A stretch of 64,000 nt of DNA, from positions 32,001-96,000 of the forward strand of contig CAWDSQ010000032.1 of NCBI GenBank assembly GCA_963804955.1, written 5' to 3'. This DNA comes from an uncultured delta proteobacterium (GTDB taxonomy: Bacteria; Desulfobacterota; WTBG01; CAIYCZ01; CAIRTM01). Position numbers and translations under genes: made by a program. The first letter of the stretch is position 1. Each line of letters opens with the position of its first letter. Of this stretch, positions 34,202 to 44,920 are shown piece after piece. The notes below the pieces were generated by a model that made no database searches, was not told where the DNA came from, and saw only the letters and a program-made list of their open reading frames with translations.

Positions 34202-35479
34202 TTAAAAGGTTTTCTGCAAATTGCCAACGGTAAACATATCTGCAGGAACATCGATGGTAATTTTCGGCTTATAAAAATAATCCTGGTCGCTGAGGCCGGA
34301 GTGGTTGCGCTGAAAATCCTGAAACTGCGTGCCGACAATAAAGGGTTTTATCTGACCTATCTCTGTCGGCAGGCACGTGTATTATTCATAAAGCACTTCC
34401 AGAACTTGCCGTTTGAATCATACAGTTCAGTCCAGAGAATAATATATGTTTCAGGATCAACATACCAGACTCTCTTGCCGTAAATATAGTTGGGGTCCTT
34501 GCTGATTACATCAACGACAATGGTATTGCAGCGCTCAATAGTTAAGCCGTTCACAAGCCCCTGACCATCCTGGCGGGTCGTGGCCTTCATATCCGTATGC
34601 CTGCTGCACAGCAGGTCTTTTTTACCCTTCAGCGTATAATTATTTCTGGTCAGCTGGCCATCCCACAGATATTCATCATCATAAATAAGGTCGGAACCGT
34701 CGATGGAATCGGTTCGCTGGGCGGTTGACATTCTCCTGATGCGCCGGAACTGGCTGTACCACAGATATGCATCATCTTCTTTTTTAGGATCTTCATAGCG
34801 AATATTGAACATGCGGGTATTTAAAAATTCTGCAGGCTTAAACATATTAAGAAAATACGCGCGATGCATGGCCTTTGGGATTGTCTGCTACTGCAGGCAG
34901 GGGCTCTTTTTCCGTGCGATGCATGAAAAAAAATTCGGTATACTCCTGATCAGCCAGGCGCTCTGTTTTGCTTTTCGGGGTAATATTCGGGCCATATCTG
35001 CGATACTTTGCAGAGTCGCCATGATTATTGAACTCAAAATTATATGCTACCTCAAGGCCGTCTTTCGGCTCAGGGAAAGGGCGGCCGGCAATTGCAGCAT
35101 AATTTGCTATTGTGCCGTCAGGGTTCTTTTTTACCGTGGGCGCGTACTTCTTCGTTGCCTCGCAAAATCCCTTGGTTTCCTTAACCGGCTGATAGGCAAC
35201 AACAGTAAAAAAATTACCCTCAGGGGGTGCGCCCCATTTTTCAGGCTCTTTCAAAAGGCCGACATAGGATTCAGGAATAAAGGCCGCAACCTGGTCGACA
35301 TTTGTTTTGTCGATCTTTTTCCCGACCCAGGTCTTTTCCCACTCTTTGACTTTTGCAAGCTCATCGGGGGTGTACGCAGTACCAATCACTTCCTGTGCTC
35401 CTGCAAGCGCCGGTGCAAGACAAAGCATGAACGCCCCGAGAAGCGGCAAACCAAACATCTGATTCCATCTCTTCCTCAT
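34202..35479 (-). CDS. DUF1329-family exported protein (LolA-like fold; frameshifted)
   Basis: Signal peptide; 'GRPFPEPKDGLEVAYN', 'LWYSQFRRIRR', 'YIYGKRVWYVDPET'. Confidence 0.8.
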
Positions 35480-35524
35480 TACCTGTTCCTCCCAATAAAG
35501 TTTATACTACAAAAACTCTATGAA

Positions 35525-37105
35525 TTAAAATTCATACCGCAGGCGGAAAATCAGGCTGTCCTTATGGGCATACGCATCTCCGACATACTCATTTCTTGGC
35601 GCCGCCATAAAACTTTGCGCCAATATCGGCCCGCCAGTGCTCGCCGGGGAACATATAGGTAAAGCACGGCACGATAAACCATTTCTGGCACATCAGGTTA
35701 TAGTTGCCGTTAAATACAAAAACCCAGGAGGTGTTGAACATTTCCTGCTTTAGAAAACCGGATAGCGGTCTGGGTATAGGGGTCGTCTCTGCGATGATTG
35801 TACCCGACATCGACAACAAGGTCTTCATCCATATTACGGATATACTCGACATAATAGGTTAAGCTGAGATCGGTAAATTTACCTGTGCCGATATGCCTGG
35901 GTCCACCAGGGAATCTCGAACTTGTCATTCCATTGAATCGCCACGCCCAGCATGTCATTCTTGGCCCTGTCATAGACGCCCTGTAATTTACCGTCAGTTC
36001 CCAGGTTGCCCGGATTGTCAAGCATATAGAACCATTCAAGGCGCCATACGGAGTTGTGCAGGGGCTGAATAACCGTCTGGGCCGTGCCGCCGAAGGTCTG
36101 ATAGCGTTTAAAGCGGAAAACATCGCCGCCCTTCCAGGCCTTGCCATTGGCGGGCTTATCAGGTATCAGGCCGACGACATTGGGGAGAGCATAATTGTTG
36201 CCATAGTCAACTGCGCGGTTGGCGTCTGCTATTGGATTGTCGCTCTTTGCATTCCAGTACAGCACGGACCAGTCTATGTCATAGGTATAGCCCTGAACTC
36301 TGAAGCCGAGCTCCCAGTTGTCGGTTGCCCATCCGGTTGGAGCATCGCGCATCCACTTGGACTGCTGCCAGTGGAAGATGCCGTCGGTATCGTACTTGGG
36401 ATTAAATGCGCTCTGGTTATGGGGCGTGCCCCAGTGGGTGCCTTCATAGGGAAGGTACTGCGGCTGATAATAGCCGGGATTGATGATATTCTCAAAAATA
36501 AGATTGCCGGGCAGCGATGACTGATAGGTGGTTCTGATCATCCAGAGGCCCTTCTTGATCTCTTCCCAGTTGTCGACGCCGGGCACGCCCAGGCGCAGGT
36601 CAAGGGGGTTCACGACATCGGCCACGCGCTGCACATCGAGCTGGCCCCAGATGACGATCTGCTTGCCGACGCGCACATCCCATGGGCCCTTCACAAAACT
36701 GACATAGGACTCCGTCACTATATCTTCAAACCTTCTTGGGCTCTGATATTTTTGAATATCATCGTGGGCCATAAACCGGTGGACTTTATCATCATAGGAT
36801 GGCGATGCTTCATACCAGTAGCGCAGGCCGTTGAACCAGGTGATGTTCATTTCGGGTGATTCTTTGAGCTTGTAGATGCTTTCAAAATACAGTGAGGTTT
36901 GAGCAAAATCGACTCGAGAATCGTGATACTTTTCCTCCCCCTTGTCCCAGCTGGTCCGGTAATAAACAGTCTCCTTGGCAAAGCCGCTTATCTCGAGCCT
37001 GCCGTCAAGAAACTGCTCCGATGCCAGCGCAGGCCTGCCGGTGCACATCAGTATGCACGCGCAGACTGCAAACGAGCAGAGTGCTGCTATGAAGCTTTTC
37101 CTCAT
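35525..37105 (-). CDS. DUF1302-family outer-membrane beta-barrel (frameshifted)
   Basis: Signal peptide; 'RVGKQIVIWG...DVVNPLDL'; repaired C-terminus ends 'LIFRLRYEF' (terminal-Phe beta-signal). Confidence 0.8.
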
Positions 37106-37280
37106 GTTCCCTCCTTTTTCGAAAAATTAATCTTACAAGCCTATTACTTTTTCGTAAAATTTTGTTGAAAAAGTACCACACCAAAAAAAGGAATTCAATG
37201 ATTATCTAAACATTTTTACATTAAAATTTGAGCGCCATCTTTCTTCTTTCCTGCACCTACACGGGACTTCATGCCCGATT

Positions 37281-37313
37281 TAAAAAAAGCCCCCTGCCGT
37301 GAACAGGGGGCTT
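37281..37313 (-). terminator. Intrinsic terminator after the RND gene
   Basis: aaaaaaagccccctg-ccgtgaa-cagggggctt. Confidence 0.75.
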
Positions 37314-37350
37314 GAAGGATCAATCTGACATTACGGCGTTATCCTGCACA

Positions 37351-39848
37351 TTATCCCCTGTCGCTGCGCGCAATGCCCTTTGGCTTAAAGAGCGCTACGA
37401 AGGCAGGAACAACATAGATCGTAGCAATCATGCTGCACAGCCCCATGATGATGAAAAGATTGCAGGTTACGGACAGCGGGCATAAAATGCGGCAGCGTAA
37501 AAGGTCCAAGAACATAAATAAATCCCACCAGTATGCTCATGGCAATATACATGACTCGCTTTGCCGGTCGTGCTCATGGCATCGGCTATGGCCTGGTCCC
37601 AGGATTTGCTGGCCGCATAGCCTGCAGCGATGCGGTTCAGCATATACAGCACACCGCAGACAAAGAGACTGTAGCCGATCATGATATACGGCAGTGTTTC
37701 AACCGTCAGAGGTGCCGTATTGGGCATGGACGAATACTTAAAGGTCATTGATGCGGCAAACAGCAGCGGCAGCAGCGAGATGTAAGCCGACCAGGCAACG
37801 AGCCGAAACGCACGGCTATTATGGCAGTGATTGCAAGAGTGGCGAAAATAAAAGTCCAGAAAAAATACATCCGGACACAATCGTTAACATCTGCCTGAAT
37901 GCCGATCGCGCCTGCGCCGATGCGGTAATACATATGCGGAAACTTATCGACCTGCGGTTTTTCAGGCAGCAGCGGCTCGGGCTTAGAGATCATGCTGTCA
38001 AGGCTGCGCATGAATGTGTCAGGATACTGCTCATCGCTCTGGCGGATGCCGAAGCGGGACTGCATGGGTTATGTACTCGCGGATCCGCTGCATGAGCGGT
38101 TTGATAACGCTTTCGGTTTTATCCCGGCAGTAAATATACATGCACAGGGCTTTATGATCCTCGTCGATGAATTTGTCCATGGCGCCGGGAGCCGCCATAT
38201 TGACGGTACTGCCAAACTGCATTTGAACCTGACCGTCGACGGCTGGCACAAATGTCCAGTTCGGATCGTTTTCATGGAGTCCGCGACCGCGTGCGGGCAT
38301 TGTCTGGTGCGCAAACACAGGGGCTGCCACAATGGGCCCCATTTTAGGATCCATGGGTGTGCGGCTCAGATACCGGCAGAATTCCATGGAGTCGCGCAGC
38401 ATGGCCGGATTATTCTCTAGCGCCATCTGTTCAGCGCCTTGCGCAATGATCAGCATCGGCGTTAAAAGCGAAAATCCAGCAAAACTCATACGGAATGCAT
38501 CCATATTGTAGCGGTGCCAGGGCAGCAGCGTCGAGTGAGCCGGGAGACGCATTGCCGTAGAAAATTTTATTCATGGAGGCAAGCCCCATGATCGTGCCAA
38601 GCAGGATGATGACGATAACGGCGTATTTGCCCCAGCCGCAGATCCAGCGTGCCGAGCGCTTCATGAATTTGGCTTCTTTGGATTTCTGCGGCGCAACCGG
38701 CATGTAGGTCAGCAGCGCAGGTACAAAACCGACGGCGATGATAAACGAAGCAAAAGCCCAGAAAATACCCGACAGGAATAATGGACGCAGACCCGGCAGG
38801 GGCGCAAGCGCGACCAGCGCAAGGCAGATGGCCGCAATAAGCATTGCCGTGGCGCAGGGGCCGTACAGCCCGATAATCGTGGCCTTTGCCGCCTTTATGG
38901 CATCAGAGCCTGCGGCACGTTCAGCGGCAAATCGCTTGATGAAAAATACGGCATTGGCCACTGCTATCATCGAGATAAACAGCGGCAGCGCAAACAGCGC
39001 GGGATCGAGATTGAATTTAAAGAAACCGAGGAAGCCAAGCCCCCAGATCGAACTAAGAATGCCCGGCCAGGACGGCAATAATAGCACCCTTCACGTCCCG
39101 AAGCGACAGAAACAGGATAATAAAAATCAGCACCACCGAAAGCGCGATCATTTTAAGCACAGAAGGTATCATGGATTTTATAAAGCCCTTTTCCACGGGC
39201 AGACTGTTGATCAGCACCCTGATATTCTTGTTTTCATATTTTCTGCGCAGATCCTGCAGCTTTTGAAAAATATCATCATAGTCAGCCTTTCCCTCCAGAA
39301 AGTCGGCCATTATGAGCGTTGTTTTGCTGTCAAAAGAAACAAGCACGGGATAGGGAATACCCTCATACACTTTTAAGCGGAGGTCATCCATCTCTGCCGG
39401 GTGTCTTGGGCAGGTCCGGAAACATGATGGAATTCATTTTCATACCGAAAGACGATATCTGAATGTCCTTCAGCTTGGAGGAGTACAGGTCGAACATCTT
39501 GTTGCGGTCCATACCGGGAAACAAATCAGGATTCCTCAAATCAGTATCGATGTCTTTCACCATCTGGAGCGTTTCATGATTAAAAATATCATCATAGGCG
39601 CCGCCATCCTCCTTATCGCGGACCTGCAGCGCAATATACAGCAGATTGGTGCCCCCGAATATTTTTCTGGCTTCGTCTTCAAGCTTGATATTGGGATAGC
39701 CTTCTGGCCGCAGGCCGGCGTCGATGGATTTAAAGCTCAGGCCGGTCGCAGCGGCAATCAGGAAAACAACCGTGAGAACGAAAATGCCCAGCACAACGGC
39801 CAGCCTTTTTTCTATAATAAAATCAGCAAAACGATTTTTCATGGTCAT
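37351..39848 (-). CDS. RND/MMPL-family transporter (many frameshifts)
   Basis: Two repeats of TM + periplasmic loop ('IFGGTNLLYI') + multi-TM bundle across ORFs 39384-39905, 39053-39391, 38431-39087, 38031-38552, 37745-38065, 37467-37880. Confidence 0.75.
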
Positions 39849-39874
39849 AAACCCCTTTCTGAAAAGGATGGGAA

Positions 39875-41019
39875 TTAATACTGTTCCGGTAAAGACTTTC
39901 GCCAAAGGGCGCCAAACAAATTGAACGGCTTGAAAATTTTATCGGTGACATCTTTTGCCACGGGAAAATCCTTGACCGTGTAATAAATGCCCGCCCGGAA
40001 TTTCCAGGTCTTGCCGCCATCATCTGTGAGCACAATGGTATCGCTGGCTCCCACGGCAATGCCTTTATTGGGATTGATGAAAGCAATATCCCGCAGCCAC
40101 CAGCCGGTTTTGATAGCACCATCCTGAATTTTCCAGGACTTGCCGCCGTCATTGGACATAAACAGGGAGCCGCGGTCGCCGACCGCCCATCCTTTAGTTG
40201 CCTTTTATGAACAGGCTGTACACGCCGAGATTTTTCTCAGCCGTAAAGCTTTCCCAGGTGGCGCCGGCATCGGCGCTGTACAGAAACAGGGAATCCATCC
40301 CGCAGGCGACAAAGGTCGTTTTATCTTTTGCAATGATTCCATAGAGCGATTGGCGGGGTTTTTCAATTTCTTCATCAATGCTGGCCCGCTCAAATATCTT
40401 CGGCTGGATACTGGTCCAGGTCTTGCCGCCATCGACGGTTCTGAACATGGTGCCTGTCTCGCCGACGACAACACCGGTATTCTGGTCCACAAAAGCGACA
40501 TTGTTCAGAGTCTTGTCCTGCTCCTGGCCCTGCACGGACCAGGTGGCGCCGCCGTCCTGCGTATGAAGAATCAGGCCCATTTCACCGACAGCCCAGCCCA
40601 GCTTTTCATTCAAGAAAACAAATACCGAACAGATGTTTATCGGTATTTGTTTTTTGCTTTACCCAGGTTGCGCCGCCATCGCTTGTATGCAGCATGATGC
40701 CGCTGATACCGGCAACCCAGCCTACTTTGGCATTGAGAAAAACGCCGTCGACCAAGAAGACTGTTGACGCCTGAATTTTGCGCATTCCCAGGTTTCTCCT
40801 GCATCAGAAGAATGATAGATGACTCCGTAATTGCCGACCACCCAGATGTTTTTATCATCAGGGCGCAATCACGCCATGAAGATTCTCTTTAGTGACAGTC
40901 TTTACCGGCGGTTCCGGCTTGGCTGCGGCCTGCTCCGCAGCACCAGACCAACTGCTGATGCAAAACCCTAGCATGCACATGGTTGCCAATAAAACCCCAA
41001 GTCTCCATAGCTTCTTCAT
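39875..41019 (-). CDS. YCF48-like BNR/Asp-box beta-propeller exported protein (frameshifted)
   Basis: Start MKKLWRLGVLLATMCML; repeats TQDGGATW, TVDGGKTW, SADAGATW, SNDGGKSW, TDDGGKTW. Confidence 0.85.
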
Positions 41020-41250
41020 CCATCCTTCTCCTTTATATTATTATGAAAATAATAAAATTAGATGAACCCATAGCTAACATCTACGCAGGGTACGCACAGC
41101 ATTAAAAGATTAGAAAAAAGCTTAACGGGATTATTATGTGTTGTTAAATACAACTTACTATCAGGGTACTGACATCGTCATATGCGTAGAAAAAAAGGGC
41201 TTGTTTTGTTTAAGCCCTGTTCACTTAAGGTCCCACATATTTTGCAGACA

Positions 41251-41314
41251 AAATTTTCTTGACAGAAAGTTGGTCATAGTTTATCTGTTTAGGAATCGTA
41301 AGTCAAGAAAATTT
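41251..41314. promoter_or_regulatory. Bidirectional promoter bounded by a perfect 13-bp inverted repeat
   Basis: aaattttcttgac (41251-41263)/gtcaagaaaattt (41302-41314); minus TTGACT-17-TAAACT; plus TTGACA at 41259. Confidence 0.65.
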
Positions 41315-41373
41315 AGGGCAATTCAGCCCAAATAAAATTGAACCATTCGCAAGATTACAGCTAGGAGGAAACA

Positions 41374-42736
41374 GTGAAAAGTGCATATGATCTTATAGTC
41401 GTCGGAGCCGGGCCTGCTGGACTGACCGCAGCCAAAATCGCAGCTGAAAACGGTCTTTCAGTTGCTCTGCTGGAAAGAAAAAACTCGGTTGAAGAGATCC
41501 TGAGAATGTGCGGCATGATGATTGTGTCGCTTTCCGGATCATACATGGGTGAACGCGTCGTTCTCAATGAAGATGCAGGGCTTCTCTGCTTCCCCAACAA
41601 CGGCTTCAGCGTAAAGTATGACGGCCCGACCAAGGACTTCTACACCTGGCAAATGTATTCGCCCAATGGCGAAATGTTCACTTTTGGAAATTATGCAGCC
41701 AATCTCGCAAAGGGCAAGGAAGGCCGTGCAAGCGCCGTATATGACAAAAGCTGGTTTCTGGCCGGCCTGCTCTCAGAGTGCAAAAAGCTGGGCGTCCAGG
41801 TGTTTACCGGTGAAAACGTCATTGATGTCCGCAAAAAGGCTGAGGGCGTTGAAGTGCAGACCGCCAGCGGCAAACATTTCACCGGCGCATTTGCCATTGC
41901 CGCCGACGGCCGCAATTCGCGGGTAGCCCGGGTTATGGGCATGAATAAAAACCGCGACTTTTACGGCTCCGTCACCTCGATCGGCTATGAAATGACCAAC
42001 CTGAATCTTCCTGAGCCCTATGCGCTGCATATGCCCCTTGTGCAGAGCGGCGATCCGCCCATGCTCGGCTTTATTTGCCCCAGGGCCTGGGACAATGAGG
42101 GTGAATACACCTGGCTGGTCATGATAACCAATGTCGATCCCAATACCGACCATGAAAGCCTTTTTGACCTGTTTACCCAGAAAAGCCGTTATGCCTCCTG
42201 GTTCAAGGGCGGCAAAAAGGTTCGCAAATGCGGCTGCGCCGGGAATATGTACTCGCCAATTATTCACCCTTTTAAAGACAATGTAATTTTTGCCGGTGAT
42301 TCGGGATGGTGCCAGGAAGCTGAAATGACCGGAGCAGTGATGAGCGGCTGGAAGGCAGGCAGCGCTGTCGTTCTTGCCATGCTTGAAGGCAAGCTCAATC
42401 AGCAGGGCGTACAAACATATCTTGACTGGTGGCGCACACGCCCATATCGAAAAGTGCGATTACAAAGTATTCCTGAAGAATCTCTATATGCCGGTGCTGT
42501 GCAACGACAAGGAAATCGACTACATCTTCAGCAAAATCAATTTCGTGCTTCCGACCGTCCTTGACCCGTATGAAGTGCCCGAAAACATTGGCAAAGCTTT
42601 GATGAAGATCATGCCCGACATCCAGAAAGAGCGCCCCGATCTGATTAAAAAAATGGCCGGGTTCAATGACCTGCCTCCTGAAGTCGTTCTGAAAAAAACC
42701 ATTCGTTCGGGATTCAACTGCAGCTTTACGACGTGA
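41374..42736 (+). CDS. Geranylgeranyl-reductase/FixC-family FAD oxidoreductase (frameshift near 42440)
   Basis: 'YDLIVVGAGPAG', 'LLERK', 'IAADGRNS', 'FAGDSG'. Confidence 0.85.
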
Positions 42737-42764
42737 TGATCAGACACTTTTAAATATTATATTG

Positions 42765-42809
42765 AAGCGTTCGGACGGCTACATGAAACCGTGCGAACGC
42801 TTTTATTTT
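42765..42809 (+). terminator. Intrinsic terminator
   Basis: aagcgttcg.acgg...ccgt.cgaacgctt followed by T-rich tail. Confidence 0.65.
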
Positions 42810-42854
42810 ACTGTTTGTCATTCGACCTAACACCACAGAAAAGGGAGAGGAACT

Positions 42855-43994
42855 ATGAAGCAAAACCGTATGGCTTTTATGATGGCGGCACTTTTGCTGG
42901 TAGTGTGCTGCGCCAGCACGGCACTGTCTGCCGAACCGAAAAAAGGTCTCCTTGTCTATGACTCTATTTACAGTTCAACGCCTGAAGTAGCCTACTGGCT
43001 CAAGGCCATCATCGGCAATGAACAGCCCCTTGATGTCAAAAAAATCGATCAGGTCATCACCGTCAAGCCCTATGATTACGTGATCATCGGCAGCTACTCC
43101 AAATGGGAAAAAGCATCCCCCCGCATTTACAAATTCATTGAAAAGAACCAGATGGAACTTGCCCAGAAGCAGGTCTGCTACTTCCTGCTCGGCGGCGACT
43201 GGGATGAAACCATGCTGCTGAAGGCTCCCGGGGCGCCGATTAAACTGATTGCGGGCAGAAACTATCTATTCGATATCAAGGAAAAATTCCCGAGTATCAA
43301 GCCGATCGTCATCGGCGGCTTCGGCGGCCGGCAGGTGATGCCCTCACTGAACGGACAGGACGGATTCATGATCTGGGTGCTGGAGCGCCTGTCACGCGAG
43401 GGCGCTCACTGGGTCGGCCTCGATATCTGGGAATCCCTGGTGCCCGCCCGTGTTGAAGTGTACGGCAATGAAATACGCACGAAGATCCTCGGCCTGGAGC
43501 CCCTGCCGCCTGCAGAGGTGCAGAAGTACCGCGGGTTCTGGAATTCGCTGCAGCCCGCATCGCTTGCCGATCCTTCAAAAGTCAAAACGACAAACCTGAT
43601 CTCAAAAGACAACGGCGAAACCTGGGTTCCCGTCGCCGAGCGGCCCTACACTCTTAAGCTCAGCTCAAAAAAATCATACTACTCGCGCTCAAGAATCAAG
43701 GCCGATCTGCCCACAACCGCCAAGCTTCTGGCCGAGTGGGCGAAAAAAGACGGCTTTGAGCTGAAGGAAGAACGGAAGGCCGACTACATGACCTGGTACA
43801 CGGCCAGTAAAAAGGTTGATGGCAAGGATGCCACTCTTTCTATCGTCATGGCCACCATGCCCGACGATCCGGGCAATGTGCACGTTTCCTTCCGGTCCTG
43901 GGAAAAACCGGAAAAGCGCAAGGCTCTTGAAGAATCGGCAGCCAAAGCCGAGCAGTTTATCTGGGCCGACGGCAGAAAGGTCGAAGGCAGATAA
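42855..43994 (+). CDS. Exported protein with HemG-type (Flavodoxin_5) domain and unknown C-terminal region
   Basis: Sec-type signal (…STALSA|EP); 'LLVYDSIYSSTPEVA', 'YDYVIIGS', 'FGGR'; one Asp-box 'SKDNGETW'. Confidence 0.7.
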   Translation: MKQNRMAFMMAALLLVVCCASTALSAEPKKGLLVYDSIYSSTPEVAYWLKAIIGNEQPLDVKKIDQVITVKPYDYVIIGSYSKWEKASPRIYKFIEKNQMELAQKQVCYFLLGGDWDETMLLKAPGAPIKLIAGRNYLFDIKEKFPSIKPIVIGGFGGRQVMPSLNGQDGFMIWVLERLSREGAHWVGLDIWESLVPARVEVYGNEIRTKILGLEPLPPAEVQKYRGFWNSLQPASLADPSKVKTTNLISKDNGETWVPVAERPYTLKLSSKKSYYSRSRIKADLPTTAKLLAEWAKKDGFELKEERKADYMTWYTASKKVDGKDATLSIVMATMPDDPGNVHVSFRSWEKPEKRKALEESAAKAEQFIWADGRKVEGR

Positions 43995-44020
43995 CCAGGC
44001 ACTGCACTGCAGAATGTGAC

Positions 44021-44053
44021 AAGAGGCAGGCGCATGTCCTGCCTCTTTTTTTT
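44021..44053 (+). terminator. Intrinsic terminator
   Basis: aagaggcagg-cgcatgt-cctgcctctt followed by a T-run. Confidence 0.75.
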
Positions 44054-44081
44054 CAAACAACCTTAGCAGGGAGGCAAATCC

Positions 44082-44861
44082 TTGAAGATAATAAAAATTC
44101 TCCTGTGGATCATAGCGGTGCTTGTTCTGATTATCGCAGCAATCGCCATCAGCACCCGGCTGGAGGGCGACAAGCAGTATGCGAAATACGCCGGAGCAAC
44201 CGCCCAAGCCCTCAAAGCTTTTCCTCTCAAACCCTATGAGGTCACAGAAAAGTACCGGCATGTCAGATCGCTGCCGCTCATGGACATATCGGTTTCCAGC
44301 AGCACCGGCGACCGCCTCGCCCGGGTAAATTCACTGGATGCCACGATGCTGATGTTTATGAAAATGTATACCCTCATGATCAGGCCGAGCTATGACTATA
44401 ATCTGCCCGTCATGTCTGTGGATTTCATTTTTCTGCCCTTTGGTAAAAGAATATATATAATTGAAATAATAGATCCGGCAAAAATTGATGACACAAACAA
44501 AAAAATCTTTTACGAAAAAATGAAAGCGCACTATGCCCGGGTAGCGGACTTTCCTTCAGCAGGAACCCGCGATTGGTATAAAGACTTTGTCACCGACTTC
44601 AGTATTCACAGTAAGGCAGACAGGAAGGATGATGCTCTGCTCCTGGAAGTCTACAAAACCTATCTCGAAGCCTACCTTGCAATGGCCCAAAATGCTCAAA
44701 AACTTCCTCCTGAAACCAGCCTCAAAATGAAGGAAGGCCTTGAAAAATATGTCTCAACCCTTCTCTCTCAGGGCGGACCGGCAGTGGATGTTTTTAAGAA
44801 AATTCTTGGCCCGGAAGGGCAGAAGGAATATGTGCGGACGGTTATGTTCGGGCTTGACTGA
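44082..44861 (+). CDS. Membrane-anchored protein with ferredoxin-dependent bilin reductase (PcyA/PebA/HY2/RCCR) fold
   Basis: N-terminal TM; 'IRPSYDYNLPVMSVDF', 'YKTYLEAYL', 'GGPAVDVFKKILGPEGQKEYVRTVMF' match the FDBR motif pattern. Confidence 0.65.
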   Translation: MKIIKILLWIIAVLVLIIAAIAISTRLEGDKQYAKYAGATAQALKAFPLKPYEVTEKYRHVRSLPLMDISVSSSTGDRLARVNSLDATMLMFMKMYTLMIRPSYDYNLPVMSVDFIFLPFGKRIYIIEIIDPAKIDDTNKKIFYEKMKAHYARVADFPSAGTRDWYKDFVTDFSIHSKADRKDDALLLEVYKTYLEAYLAMAQNAQKLPPETSLKMKEGLEKYVSTLLSQGGPAVDVFKKILGPEGQKEYVRTVMFGLD

Positions 44862-44884
44862 AAGTCGGCAGCAGGACAAGCTCT

Positions 44885-44920
44885 AAGCCGGAAGCACTTT
44901 CACGGTGCTTCCGGCTTTTC
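44885..44920. terminator. Bidirectional terminator hairpin overlapping the nitroreductase stop
   Basis: aagccggaagcac-tttcacg-gtgcttccggctt. Confidence 0.75.

Noticed and set aside
34805..35662. Long antisense ORFs (e.g. 34805-35662, 12844-13599, 46623-47363, 59580-60605)
   Set aside because: They lie opposite well-supported genes and have no recognisable motifs.
39875..41019. YCF48 as evidence of photosynthesis
   Set aside because: Generic BNR propeller in the DUF1302/DUF1329/RND context; no photosystem genes in the window.
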